A DNA stretch of 64,000 nucleotides from Trueperaceae bacterium (GCA_034520945.1 JAXHNB010000006.1:352001-416000), one strand, 5' to 3'; shown: positions 36,002-45,955, counted from the first letter of the stretch. Numbers and translations are program-made. The notes: generated by a model not told the origin, from the letters alone.

Positions 36002-36905
36002 GCACCTGATTGAACGCCTCGCTGCGCTCTTCGTTGGGCAGCAGTGCCGCGTCGCGGAGAAGCACCAGTTGCGCGTCGGGGCGGGCCAGGATGAACTCTT
36101 CGGCGTCTTCGAAGGAACTGAAGCCGGACGCGGTTCCCCACACCAGCAGCGCCGGTTGGCGGGTGGCGGGCCACAGCTCGCTCACGTCCTGGTCCAGGCT
36201 GCCGCTGACGAACGAGAAGACGATCCAGCGCGCGTCTTCCGAGCGGAGGTTGCGGTCGTACGAGGCGAGCACCTCGTCGGTGAGGCTGTCCGGGTCGGCG
36301 TAGGCGTCCAGCAGGAAGAAGCGCTGCACCTCGTCGTCGACCAGCAGGCCGGTGAACAGCTCGCTGACCACGGGGTTGGCGAATAGGTCGAAGGTGCGTT
36401 CCCGACCACCGTCCTGGGGACGGTTCAGGCTGCGGTATCCGGTCGGTGCGATGAGCGCGAGGCGGGTGACCAGGTCGGGGCGCTCGGCGGCGATGCGGAT
36501 GGCGTGCGCTGCCGACAGGCCGTTCGCGACCAGCACCGCCGGCTCGCCCACTACGTCGTCGAGGAAGGCCGTCACCTGCGCCACCAGGTCGTCCTGGGTG
36601 GTGCGCCGCTCGGGCTTCGACGAGCGGCCGAAGCCCAGCAGATCGAGGGCGTAGACGCGGTAGCCGGCGTCCGCCAGCGCGGGGGCGTTGCGGCGGTACT
36701 GGAACACGCTCGAGCCGCCGCCGATGCCGTGCACCATCACGACGGGCGGACCGTTGCCAAGGACCTCGTAACCGGTGACGAGCTCTCCGAACGGGGCCGA
36801 AGCCACGCGGGCGCCAGGGATTACGGCTTCCGGTCCGACGCCGTCGACGACGGGCACGCAGGCGGCAAGGAGGAGCAGCGACAGGGCGGTGGCGAAGGTG
36901 CGCAT
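35970..36905 (-). CDS. alpha/beta hydrolase-fold lipoprotein
   Basis: LLLAAC lipobox, HGIGGG, DLLGFGRS; nucleophile elbow reads ANGLS. Confidence 0.85.
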   Translation of the reverse strand: MRTFATALSLLLLAACVPVVDGVGPEAVIPGARVASAPFGELVTGYEVLGNGPPVVMVHGIGGGSSVFQYRRNAPALADAGYRVYALDLLGFGRSSKPERRTTQDDLVAQVTAFLDDVVGEPAVLVANGLSAAHAIRIAAERPDLVTRLALIAPTGYRSLNRPQDGGRERTFDLFANPVVSELFTGLLVDDEVQRFFLLDAYADPDSLTDEVLASYDRNLRSEDARWIVFSFVSGSLDQDVSELWPATRQPALLVWGTASGFSSFEDAEEFILARPDAQLVLLRDAALLPNEERSEAFNQVLIGFLERTVR

Positions 36906-36990
36906 GGGAGCACGGTAGCGCGTGGGCGCGATGGGCACGAGGTGCCAACGTTCCGTTTCGGGGCCATTCGACCGCGCGGGTTGGTAGCCT

Positions 36991-37300
36991 TCACGCCCGC
37001 ACGAGGCCGAGCTCGATCGCGCGCAGCACCGCGCGGGTTCGGTCGCGGACGCCCAATTTCGACAGGATGCGGCTGACGTGGTTCTTCACGGTGCCCTCCA
37101 TCACGTCCAGCCCGCGGGCGATCTCCTTGTTGTTCCAGCCCGCCACCATCAGCCGCAGGATCTCGGTTTCGCGTTCGGTCAGTGCCTCGATCCCGTCCGT
37201 GGCCTCGTGGGTCTCGAACGGCGTTTCGGTCAGGGACAGCAGGGTCCGCACCCCTTGCCGCACCACCGTCTGGTCGTCGACGATCAGGACTGCGGATCAC
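36991..37300 (-). pseudogene. NarL/LuxR response regulator with receiver domain deleted
   Basis: VLIVDDQTVVRQG joined to the LTERETEIL..NKEIA..TVKNHVSRILSKL HTH; frameshift after the start. Confidence 0.85.
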
Positions 37301-37600
37301 GGTTCGCCTTCCGGCCCAATCGGAACGTCGGGCCGCGCGCCGGCCGGCACCGACGCCGTCAGCGTGAAGCCGCGGCCGGGCGCGGTGGTCATTTCGAGTT
37401 GCCCCCCGACCGCGGCCAACCGCTCTCGCAGACCCCGCAGGCCCGTACCGTCCCGATCGGATGGGCGTCGCGGCCCGCCGGACAGGTCGCGCGCGATGCG
37501 CAGACGTTCGGTTGCCCGCTGATGCTCGGCCAGCAGCGAACGGCGTTCACGCGTAGCGGCCTTGCCGATCTCGTCGACGAGGTTCCCGACCGGGCGACCG
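37297..37600 (-). pseudogene. HisKA_3 sensor kinase remnant
   Basis: ERLRIARDL joined to GTGLRGLRERL..GGQL..GRGFTL; phospho-His and central region absent. Confidence 0.8.
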
Positions 37601-37794
37601 TTGGGGAGGGCGGCGCTCGCAATCCACCAGGCAGAGCATCGTGCGCGCCGTCGCCGTCGGGCCGGCGTCCGACCATCGCCATGGGCCGAGCGAGCCGTAT
37701 TCTGGAGACTTCTGCGTCGGCGGAGTGTCGTACGGCGATTTGAGGGCATGGTCGTGGTTGCCTCGACGGTCAGGGGGCCGAGGGCGACCCGGGT

Positions 37795-37868
37795 CCGTGA
37801 CGCGGAGGCCTTTCAACGCACCCAGGACGAGCACGAGATCCTTCGCGCGCCCGCGCGTGGCGATGGGC
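37795..37868 (+). pseudogene. degenerate fragment of a Phd antitoxin paralog
   Basis: DAEAFQRTQDEHEILRAPARGD versus SAEAYERTQYENDILRALARGD of 35440..35715. Confidence 0.7.
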
Positions 37869-37959
37869 GTAGATCGGGCTGTTTGGCACGCCAGGCCAGC
37901 TGCGATCGGGTCCTGATCGGTGCGAACCGCGCGGTGCTAGGCAGGCGCCATATGATCAC

Positions 37960-37992
37960 TGTGATAACACGTTGAGGTATGCTGTTATCACA
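37960..37992. promoter_or_regulatory. putative TA operator
   Basis: TGTGATAACA-N13-TGTTATCACA perfect 10-bp inverted repeat abutting the antitoxin ATG. Confidence 0.75.
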
Positions 37993-38216
37993 TGGTGAGG
38001 ACGCAAATCAGCTTGACGAAGGAGGAGTACGCAGCGGCAAAGCGCGAGGCGGAGCGCTTGGGAATCTCTCTGGCGGAACTGCTTCGTCGGTCGCTGCGCA
38101 CCATGCTGCCGGTCGACGAGGAACGGCCTTGGATGCGCTACGCGGGCCTGATCGAGTCTGGCGACGCGGCCGCGAGCCAGAAGGTCGACGACCTGGTCTA
38201 TGGCCGCAAGGATTGA
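37992..38216 (+). CDS. CopG/RHH antitoxin
   Basis: MVRTQISLT..EAERLGISLAELLRRSL; overlaps the PIN gene. Confidence 0.85.
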   Translation: MVRTQISLTKEEYAAAKREAERLGISLAELLRRSLRTMLPVDEERPWMRYAGLIESGDAAASQKVDDLVYGRKD

Positions 38217-38616
38217 TGCCTACGTCGACACGTCGGCGTTCATTGCGTTCATGGACATCAGCGACTCGCATCACGCCCTGTTTCGCCGCCTGTTCGCTGC
38301 GCCACCGAACGTCGTCGTGACGTCGAGCCTGGTCGTCGTCGAAGGGCACGCGTGGTTCCTGCAACGCTTCGACCGGGAGCGGGCCCTGCAGTTCCTGGCG
38401 ATGATCGAAGACATGCCGTTTCTCGACGTACGTCCGATCGGTACGCCCGACCTCCAGGGCGCCACCACGATGCTGCGGCGCTTCGATGACCAGGACCTCA
38501 CCTTGGTCGACTCCGTCGGTCTGCACCTCATGGGTGATGGGCGTGCTAGGGAGTGTTGGTCGACGGATCGGCACCTTGGTCTGACGGGCGTGCCGCTGGC
38601 GATCCATGCGGCCTGA
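38200..38616 (+). CDS. vapC: VapC PIN-domain toxin
   Basis: YVDTSAF, VVEG, LTLVD, WSTDRH. Confidence 0.9.
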   Translation: MAARIDAYVDTSAFIAFMDISDSHHALFRRLFAAPPNVVVTSSLVVVEGHAWFLQRFDRERALQFLAMIEDMPFLDVRPIGTPDLQGATTMLRRFDDQDLTLVDSVGLHLMGDGRARECWSTDRHLGLTGVPLAIHAA

Positions 38617-38784
38617 TGGCTCGCCGTCGCGCGCTTCTGCCGGTCACCCCCCTCCGCTACGCCGACGTCGACCGCCCAACCGTTCCCGATCACGGCGACG
38701 TCGATCACCGCGCACGCCTTGGTGTTGAGCCTGTCGCGTCGCTCAATGGCGCTCCGCAGGACGCCGACGTGTCATGGTGCGGGT

Positions 38785-39351
38785 ATGACACGCAACGTTG
38801 CCGTTCTCTTCGCGCTTTCATGGTCGTTGGCGTTTTTCGGGCTCGCACAGGAGGAGGGCTTCGAGTTCCGAGGTGAGGTGCCTGCGGCGGTGCCGGACGG
38901 CACCGTGGTCGAGGCCATGATCCGCGACGATCCGACGTCGCTCGGCACGACGCCCCTCGCGCGTGGCCAGGTGGTGGACGACTCGTTCCGCATCCGTCTT
39001 CCTGCCGAGCTGGATCCCGAGAGGCTGGGGGAGATGCGTGTCTGCGGCGCGTCATCGGTGAACATCGCGTTCGTGCCCCACCTGGCGGTCGTCGAGGGTG
39101 AGGAGACGCAGGGGCAGTTCTGGCGTACCGATCAAACCCCCGGGGACTGGGGCATGTATGGGCCCTCGAACTACACCTACCTCGCCTACGTCGAGGAACC
39201 CTTCGTCGCCGAGGAGGACTGCATGGGGGACCTCGTCGAGCTCGACTTGGAGCCCGGCTGGAACGTCTACTCCCGCATCGTTACCGACAGCGGCTCGCTC
39301 ACGACCAGCGCCGAGCCGCCCGCGGACTTCACCTGGCGCTTCCTCCGCTGA
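38785..39351 (+). CDS. secreted hypothetical protein
   Basis: Signal peptide; LDLEPGWN motif. Confidence 0.7.
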   Translation: MTRNVAVLFALSWSLAFFGLAQEEGFEFRGEVPAAVPDGTVVEAMIRDDPTSLGTTPLARGQVVDDSFRIRLPAELDPERLGEMRVCGASSVNIAFVPHLAVVEGEETQGQFWRTDQTPGDWGMYGPSNYTYLAYVEEPFVAEEDCMGDLVELDLEPGWNVYSRIVTDSGSLTTSAEPPADFTWRFLR

Positions 39352-39458
39352 GGCCGGTCGCGTACGCCCGCCGGGGAACCGATGGCCCCACCCACGTCGC
39401 TCGTATCCCGTACGCTGGCGAGCGTCGGTGGTTCCCCCTCCGACCCCAAGGAGCCTGC

Positions 39459-40019
39459 ATGCCACGATTGCCGCACCATCGACCTTTGCTGTCCGTCCTC
39501 GTTTTCGCCATGATCGCGGGTGTTGCGCTGGCACAGGACGTCACGGGCACGATCACGGCCCGAATGGGGGGTGTCGAGCGGACGTGGAACACGCTCGGGT
39601 TCGACCATCCGGACGGCTACCAGGCGACCGCCTCCTGGTCTTTCCTCATGGATCGTTTCGTGTCGGTCTCCATTCAAGGGCATCCCGGCACGAGTCCCCA
39701 GTTGGAGGAAGCCCTCGCCATCGATGTGTCCACCTTCGACGGTTTTCCCACGGACTGCCCCTGCCGGATCCAGCAGGCGGACGTCATGTACTGGTCCACC
39801 TCCAGCATGTTCGAAGATGTCTACATCGGTACGGATGCCGAGGTGACGTTCACCGTCGTGGAACCCCTCGACGACGACACGTACCGGGTCGAGGGCAGCT
39901 TCTCCGCGACGCTCGCGTACCAGGCCCGCCTCGGCGGGCCGCTAGACGAGGGAGGGGACGTGCTCGCCGTGGACGGCACGTTCACGGTGGAGTCGTTACC
40001 GCGGCGGGAGGTGGAGTAG
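39459..40019 (+). CDS. secreted hypothetical protein
   Basis: AGVALAQ signal peptide, AAGGAG RBS, beta-rich body. Confidence 0.7.
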   Translation: MPRLPHHRPLLSVLVFAMIAGVALAQDVTGTITARMGGVERTWNTLGFDHPDGYQATASWSFLMDRFVSVSIQGHPGTSPQLEEALAIDVSTFDGFPTDCPCRIQQADVMYWSTSSMFEDVYIGTDAEVTFTVVEPLDDDTYRVEGSFSATLAYQARLGGPLDEGGDVLAVDGTFTVESLPRREVE

Positions 40020-40117
40020 GCGCGTCCTCCCGGGAGGTGCACGGCCTACGATGCGAGTGCCTCGTTCGTGGGCTCACCGGTCGTGGTGCATCACGGCGTG
40101 TGCATCTGACCCGAGCC

Positions 40118-41368
40118 TCATGCCGCGGCCTCCCGCGCCTGCTTGCCGCGCACGGCGAGCGCCCCGACGGTGAGGCCCTGCACCAGGATCGAGAAGACGA
40201 CCACGCCATAGGTCATGGTCAGGATCACGTCACGGTGCGGGCCGGCCGGGAGCGAGAGGGCCAGGGCGATCGAGATGCCGCCCCGCAGGCCGCCCCACAC
40301 GAGAAGGCGCGTGGTGTAGGGCGCGAAGTTCCGCTTCAGGCGGAACAGGCCGATGGGGAGGGCCACGGCGACGGTACGCGCCAGCAGGACCAGCGGGATG
40401 GCCAGCAGAGCGGCCTCTACGGTCAGCGCCGTGAACTTGAGGACCAGCACCTCGATGCCGATCAGTACGAACAGCAGGGCGTTGATGACCTCGTCGGCCA
40501 GCTCCCAGAAGGTGTCGAGGTGCTCGCGCGTTCGTGGCGACATGGCCAGCATTCGCCCATGGTTGCCGATGAACAACCCGGCCACGACGACGGTCAGCGG
40601 GCCGGAGGTGTGCAAGGCCGAGGCGGCCGCGTACCCGCCCGTGACGACGGCCAACGTCAACAGGATCTCCGTCGCGTAGTCGTCGATCTGGTTCAGAAGG
40701 GCGTAGGCGGCCAGGCCCAGCACGAGGCCGAACGCCAGACCTCCGAGGGTTTCCCTCACGAACAGCAGCGCGACTGGACCCAGGCCCGCCTCGGCGTTCC
40801 CCTCGCCCGTAACGGCGGCCAGGACCACGGTGAACACCACGACCCCGACGCCGTCGGTGAAGAGCGCCTCGCCCGTGATCAGGGTTTCGGTGTCCTTCGG
40901 CACGCCGGCCCGCCGGAGGATGGCCAGCACCGCGATCGGATCGGTGGGCGAGATGAGGGCGCCGAACAGCAGGGCATGCCCGAACGACAACTCCAGGCCG
41001 AGGAGGCCGCCCATGAGCCATGTCAGCGCGCCCACCAGCAGCGTCGACGTGACGATGCCGATCGTGGACAGTGCGAGGACCGGGCCGGCCTGTCGTGTCA
41101 GCTTCTCGAGGTCGACGACCAGAGCTCCGGCGAACAACAGGTAGGCCAGCAGGCCCTGCAGGACCAGGTCGTCGAAGTCGAGGGTCGCCAGAACCTGGTC
41201 GGCCCACGCGGCCACCTCAGGCCCTCCGAAGAGGACGAGCCCCAGCGAGATGATGAGTGCCGCCAGCGTCACGCCGATCGGGGTGGGCAGCTTCAAGAGT
41301 CGCGCGTTGACGAACGCGAACAGTGCCGTCGCCGTGACCAGAATGGCAGCAGCATCGAAGACGCTCAT
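40118..41368 (-). CDS. CPA1 Na+/H+ antiporter (NhaP-like)
   Basis: ISPTDPIAV, GEALFTDG, WGGLRG; multiple TM segments. Confidence 0.92.
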   Translation of the reverse strand: MSVFDAAAILVTATALFAFVNARLLKLPTPIGVTLAALIISLGLVLFGGPEVAAWADQVLATLDFDDLVLQGLLAYLLFAGALVVDLEKLTRQAGPVLALSTIGIVTSTLLVGALTWLMGGLLGLELSFGHALLFGALISPTDPIAVLAILRRAGVPKDTETLITGEALFTDGVGVVVFTVVLAAVTGEGNAEAGLGPVALLFVRETLGGLAFGLVLGLAAYALLNQIDDYATEILLTLAVVTGGYAAASALHTSGPLTVVVAGLFIGNHGRMLAMSPRTREHLDTFWELADEVINALLFVLIGIEVLVLKFTALTVEAALLAIPLVLLARTVAVALPIGLFRLKRNFAPYTTRLLVWGGLRGGISIALALSLPAGPHRDVILTMTYGVVVFSILVQGLTVGALAVRGKQAREAAA

Positions 41369-41444
41369 CGGCCGAGTCTAGGCGATGCGCGGCGGCACGG
41401 ACAGGGGGCCGGCACGTCGTGGGAGCGTGACGGCTGGTCGCCCG

Positions 41445-41726
41445 GCGCCAATAACGCCGTCCTGCGGCCCAACCTCGAAGGATCTCGCACCCCGAGAGCC
41501 TGATCGCGCGTCGTCCAGCCGGCAACTGCCTGAATTGGATCGTGGGGCACCTGGCCCACGGGTACGAGCATGCACTTCCCCACTTGGGGCAGGAGCGCGT
41601 GCTCGCCCCGGCGCGCAGCGTACGCTCCGCGTGTACCTTGCCTTCCTGATGTCCCACCAGGCCTACCACGCAGGCCAAACGGACGTGTTCCGGCGGGTCG
41701 CCGGGAAGGCCGGTGCGATTCCGTGA
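41445..41726 (+). pseudogene. DinB-like remnant
   Basis: AGNCLNWIVGHL and HQAYHAGQ..RRVAGK in different frames, middle missing. Confidence 0.7.
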
Positions 41727-41882
41727 AGGCCGCGCCGCCGCTCGGCTGTCACCCGTTTCACGTCCGTGCGTGACGAAGGAATTCGGGCACGATCGGATTT
41801 GCATTCGCAAACCATCGTGCCGTAGGCGCAGCTGCTCATGGGGTCCCGCGAACTCGATGCGATCGGCCGGGCGGATGGGGCG

Positions 41883-42212
41883 CTACTTCGGCGGCAAGGA
41901 ACGCGCGAAGGCGAGGCCGCGCACGATCCACGCCGAAAGCTCCTTTTCCTCGCCCGTCGCGTCCTGCGCCACCAGGACCCAGCCCCGCATCGGTCGGCCC
42001 GTGACGTCGAACGGACGCGCGCCGCGTTCAGCCAGGATTTCGTCGTACACGTCGGGCCCGACGCGCACCATCAGCTCTGGGCCGAGGATCCCTACGGCCA
42101 TGTTGCCGTCGAGAAGCCAGGCCACCCCGCCGAACATGCGCTTCTCGGCGAGCCCCTCCGTGTCCGTCAGGACCTCGCGCACGCGCTGGGCGAACCCTTC
42201 GTCGAACGCCAT
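41883..42212 (-). CDS. TfoX N-terminal domain protein
   Basis: MAFDE..EKRMFGGVAWLLDGNM..GRPMRGWVLV. Confidence 0.88.
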   Translation of the reverse strand: MAFDEGFAQRVREVLTDTEGLAEKRMFGGVAWLLDGNMAVGILGPELMVRVGPDVYDEILAERGARPFDVTGRPMRGWVLVAQDATGEEKELSAWIVRGLAFARSLPPK

Positions 42213-42246
42213 GCGAACCCCTTTCGTACTGTCGGCACGAGGGCGC

Positions 42247-43184
42247 TCAGAGGGTCGGCTCCGGCGCGGCGACCGCCTGTGGGTGATCATTCCGCACCAT
42301 GTCGAGCTCGGCCGCCTTCGCATTGGCCTCCACCTGCTGGACGCTCTTGCAGCCGGGGATGACGCAGGTGACGGCTGGGTGTTGCAGGCACCACGCCAGC
42401 GCCCAGGTCGCCATGTCCACCCCGCCCGGCACCTCTTCGCGTCGGATCCGCTCGGCCTCTTCGAGTTTGCGTTGCACGTCCTGCCGGTCGTGCCGTGAGC
42501 GTACGTCGCTGGTGTCGTCGAAGGTGGCGTCGGGCCGGTACTTGCCGCTGAGGTACCCGCTGGCGAGGGGCACGCGGGCCAACACGCCCAGGTCGTGGCG
42601 CTGGCAGGCGGGAAAGACGTGCTCCGGGTGCGGTCCAGCCGGTTGTAGACCACCTGGATCGCCTCGGCCCCCACGCCCGGTGCGTGGCTCGTCTGGTAGA
42701 CGTCGTCGTTCTTGCCGATCGAGATCCCCAGGTGGCGGATGCGGCCCGCTTTCACCTGTTCGGCCAGCGCCTGCCACAGTTCCGCGTCGTCGAAGACCTC
42801 CCGTTTGCCGGAGTGGAACTGGTAAAGGTCCACGTAGTCGGTTCGGAGCGCCTCCAGCGAGGCGTCGAGCTGTTGGAGGACCTGGTCCGCGGTCCAGAGT
42901 TGGTCGCGTTGGAAGTCGCCCAGGTAGCGGTGCCCGAATTTGGTGGCGACGTACCAGTCCTGGCGTCGGCCCTCGATCGCTTGGCCGATCAGGCGTTCGG
43001 AGACGTGGTCGCCGTAGCATTCCGCGGTGTCGAGGAGGTTGATGCCGAGTTCGCGGGCGCGGTCCAGGATGTCTCGCACCTCGGCCACCTCGTAGTCGCG
43101 GCCCCATTCGCCCCCGAACTGCCAGGTGCCGATTCCGACGACGGAGACGGGCAATCCGGTCGAGCCCAAACGTCGGTACTTCAT
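42247..43184 (-). pseudogene. aldo/keto reductase, single frameshift near 42628 (or sequencing error)
   Basis: DTAECYG, ATKFG, DLYQFH in frame 41883..43184; PLASGYLSGKY and VIPG in frame 42247..43236. Confidence 0.85.
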
Positions 43185-43292
43185 GGCGGCCTCCTCTTCC
43201 CGGGGCGCGCCATGATGGGGAGTGATTCGCGCCCACGTGTGGTGCGTCCAGGGTAGCGCGGGCTCGGTTGCGTGCGGGCGATCTGCTGTGGT

Positions 43293-43697
43293 TCAGGGGC
43301 AGACGAGCTCCAGGGTGGGGTAGTGGGTGCGGTAGCGCTTCGTGTCCCGCGTCAACAACGCCATGCCGTCGACGGCGGCGTGGGCGCCGATGTAGAAGTC
43401 CGGCAGCGGTGACGTGCGGCTGCCTTGCGTGCGGCGGTACCGCACGAATGCCTTGCCCGCCAGGAAGCCGGCCTCCCAGGGCAACGTCAGGCGGGTGAAG
43501 GCGTCTTGGGGTAGGGCTTCATCCAGCTCTTCGATCCGTGCGAACCCGACCGAGACCTCTGCGTAGACGATGGGGTTGATGCACAACTCGGCCTGCGCCG
43601 CGCAGGCGTCGAGCTGTTCGGCCGACCACGCGTACCACTGGGGATCGTCGGTCATCACGTCCAGGAGAACGTTCGCGTCCACGAGGACGCGGCTCAT
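43293..43697 (-). CDS. vapC: VapC PIN-domain toxin
   Basis: LVDANVLLD, VYAEVS, LPDFYIGAHA, LLTRD. Confidence 0.93.
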   Translation of the reverse strand: MSRVLVDANVLLDVMTDDPQWYAWSAEQLDACAAQAELCINPIVYAEVSVGFARIEELDEALPQDAFTRLTLPWEAGFLAGKAFVRYRRTQGSRTSPLPDFYIGAHAAVDGMALLTRDTKRYRTHYPTLELVCP

Positions 43698-43942
43698 TCG
43701 CCGCGCGTCATCCGCATGATCTCGTCGGTGCTCAAACGCGCCGTGGCACGACCCCGCAGGCGCGCAGCCAAGGTGCCCGTCCGCGCGTCAGGTGGGTGCG
43801 CGAGGATGGCGTCGGCCTCGCGGACGGCCGCTTCGCGCACGAAGGCGGCGACGGAGACGCCGGCACGCGCAGCGCCGCGGCGCAAGCGGTCCTTGTCGGT
43901 GGTGCTCAGGCGCAGGTCGAGACGGTCGGTCGTGGTGGCCAT
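43694..43942 (-). CDS. DUF1778-like RHH antitoxin
   Basis: RLDLRL..DKDRLRRGAA..SVAAFVREAA; AAGGAGG RBS; ATGA overlap with the toxin. Confidence 0.85.
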   Translation of the reverse strand: MATTTDRLDLRLSTTDKDRLRRGAARAGVSVAAFVREAAVREADAILAHPPDARTGTLAARLRGRATARLSTDEIMRMTRGE

Positions 43943-43954
43943 GGCGGGCCTCCT

Positions 43955-43975
43955 TGTACGGCATCGTACCGTACA
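43955..43975. promoter_or_regulatory. putative TA operator
   Basis: TGTACGG-N7-CCGTACA inverted repeat just upstream of the RBS. Confidence 0.7.
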
Positions 43976-44218
43976 TGCGGGCCGGGTTCGGCATCCGCCA
44001 GTCGGACGCGCCGTCGAACGCCGGGAACCGCTATTGCGCCGTCCGCAAGCGAACGATATGGTCAATACGGTCTCCTCGGGCTGGAAAGGACGAGGGTCCT
44101 TCGGTGGCAATGAAGCTCGCGTCCCATTTGGGCGCTTGACGCGGGTGGAGCCAGTAGCGCAACCGACCGACGCGGCCGTGATCGCCGCAGGCGCCCGACG
44201 CAATGGGAGGCAAGTCCA

Positions 44219-45070
44219 ATGATCCGACTGCTGGTGAGCGTGTCGCTGCTCATGTTCCTGAGCCTGGCGGCCGCGCAACCGATCCAGGACTACGATGTCG
44301 TGTGTCGCGCCGACGTGAGCGAGGAAGAGAGCGGCACCAACGACACGGCGGCCATCGAGGTCGACGATGAGGAGGACGGCGACGAGGTGATCGGCGTCGC
44401 GAGCAACGTCAACGGCACGTGGCACGTGTCGTTGGACCGTGACGCGAACTGCGATGAAGGTGAGGTCGTCCTGGTTCCTTACGGCGACGAGGAGGACACG
44501 GAACTCCACGCTGAGGTCACCGACGAGGACGGCTCCTCGATGCTTACGATCCACGAGCCCGTCGAGTACGAGACGGAAGGTACCGACGACGTCGCGGGCA
44601 CCGAGGAGGACGGCACGAGCGAAACGACCCATGAGGGCGAGTCGCCGGACGAACCGACCGAGGTCGAAGCGAACGAGGTGCCCGACGTCGCCATCGAAGG
44701 CAAGCGGCGCGCCCGCGAGAACCGGAACGAGGCCTGGGACGGCCGCGGTGGCCGGCCCGACTGGGCGGGCGGCGACGATGAGGAAGACGAGGACGCCGAA
44801 GTGTCCGAGGAGTCCGAAGGGGACAACGGGGACGAGGAGGACGCGGCCGAGCCGCCCGACGCCGAGGAGGTCGCCGGTGAGCGGGACGAAAACGGTGAAC
44901 GCCGCGGCCCACCCGACTTCGCCGGTCCGCCGAACGGTGACGGCGACCAAGAGGACAACGATGACGACGAGGACGAGGACGACGACGATGATGATCGCGG
45001 GCCGCCCGAAGGCCGCGGAGGTCCTCCGGGCGACGGCGCAGGTCCGCCGGACGCCCCCGAGCGTCCCTGA
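44219..45070 (+). CDS. secreted, highly acidic hypothetical protein
   Basis: Signal peptide (LAAAQ); D/E-rich low-complexity C-terminal half with GRPDWAG and GPPDFAG. Confidence 0.75.
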   Translation: MIRLLVSVSLLMFLSLAAAQPIQDYDVVCRADVSEEESGTNDTAAIEVDDEEDGDEVIGVASNVNGTWHVSLDRDANCDEGEVVLVPYGDEEDTELHAEVTDEDGSSMLTIHEPVEYETEGTDDVAGTEEDGTSETTHEGESPDEPTEVEANEVPDVAIEGKRRARENRNEAWDGRGGRPDWAGGDDEEDEDAEVSEESEGDNGDEEDAAEPPDAEEVAGERDENGERRGPPDFAGPPNGDGDQEDNDDDEDEDDDDDDRGPPEGRGGPPGDGAGPPDAPERP

Positions 45071-45115
45071 AGGAACGCCCCGGGTTTTGCGCGCGTCAAA
45101 GACCCCTCAGCTGAT

Positions 45116-45150
45116 ACCTGCTGGCCGCACTCGCGGCCGGCAGGTCTTTG
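45116..45150 (+). terminator. rho-independent terminator
   Basis: ACCTGCTGGCCGC-ACTC-GCGGCCGGCAGGT stem (one G-U pair) followed by CTTTG. Confidence 0.6.
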
Positions 45151-45384
45151 TGTGGTGCGGGCGCGTCGCCGCGGCGCGACGCCCTTGCGGCGCAGTCCGA
45201 TGAGCATGAGGCCACGGCTGGAGTCCCGTGACACATGATTGGATCGAGTCGTTGCCGCGACTGAAGGAGGCTGGCGGTGGTAATCGCCTACTGAGAGGCA
45301 CGGGAGACGTCGCGCTTCCGGCACCACCCACACGATGCGTGGTTCAAGAATCGGGGTCCGGACTCTCCGGTGGGAAACGTATGG

Positions 45385-45951
45385 CTAAAGGAGGTCGCCG
45401 AACTCTTGCAATTGGGCTGCCGTGCCAACGAGACCTTGATCTCTGAGCGTTGCCAGGTACTCGTCGACGCTATAAGGGGGCCTTTCGAGGCGCTCGCGAA
45501 TCCTTCGGATTGCGGGGCACACGACATTGGGGGCCAAATCCACCTGCTCACGCAAGAACGTGTCGGGGTCTTGCACGTCCAGACCATAGGGGTCGAGTGC
45601 CGTCGCGGGGAAGTCGCGCGCATTCCAGGTCACGATGACGTCACAGCGCCCCACGATGGCCGCCGCTAGCACATGTCGATCGTCGGGATCCGGCAGTTCC
45701 AGAGAAGGGATCAGGTGCTCGTACTCGGTGATCAGCGCATCGCGCGTGGCCTGATCCATTTTGGCGCGCGTACGCTCGAGGGCGGAACGGTCGCGGTGAG
45801 GTTCGTTGCGTAGGAGCGCCTCGATCCACTCATGGTGGATATCGGCGCTCCATCTCGCACGGAACAGGTCCGTGACGGCAAGTTCCAGCATCACGTCCCG
45901 GATGGGAGCGGGATAGAGGACGTTGGCATCCAGGAGCGCCGTGTAGGCCAT
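45385..45951 (-). CDS. PIN-domain protein (PIN_3 type)
   Basis: LLDANVLYP, LPDPDDRHVLAAA, IVTWNARDF. Confidence 0.9.
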   Translation of the reverse strand: MAYTALLDANVLYPAPIRDVMLELAVTDLFRARWSADIHHEWIEALLRNEPHRDRSALERTRAKMDQATRDALITEYEHLIPSLELPDPDDRHVLAAAIVGRCDVIVTWNARDFPATALDPYGLDVQDPDTFLREQVDLAPNVVCPAIRRIRERLERPPYSVDEYLATLRDQGLVGTAAQLQEFGDLL

Positions 45952-45955
45952 CGCA

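Noticed and set aside
39098..41503. 801-aa plus ORF
   Set aside because: Off-frame over two secreted genes and antisense to the antiporter
41883..43184. AKR-TfoX fusion protein
   Set aside because: Produced by the AKR frameshift; tfoX has its own RBS and ATG at 42212
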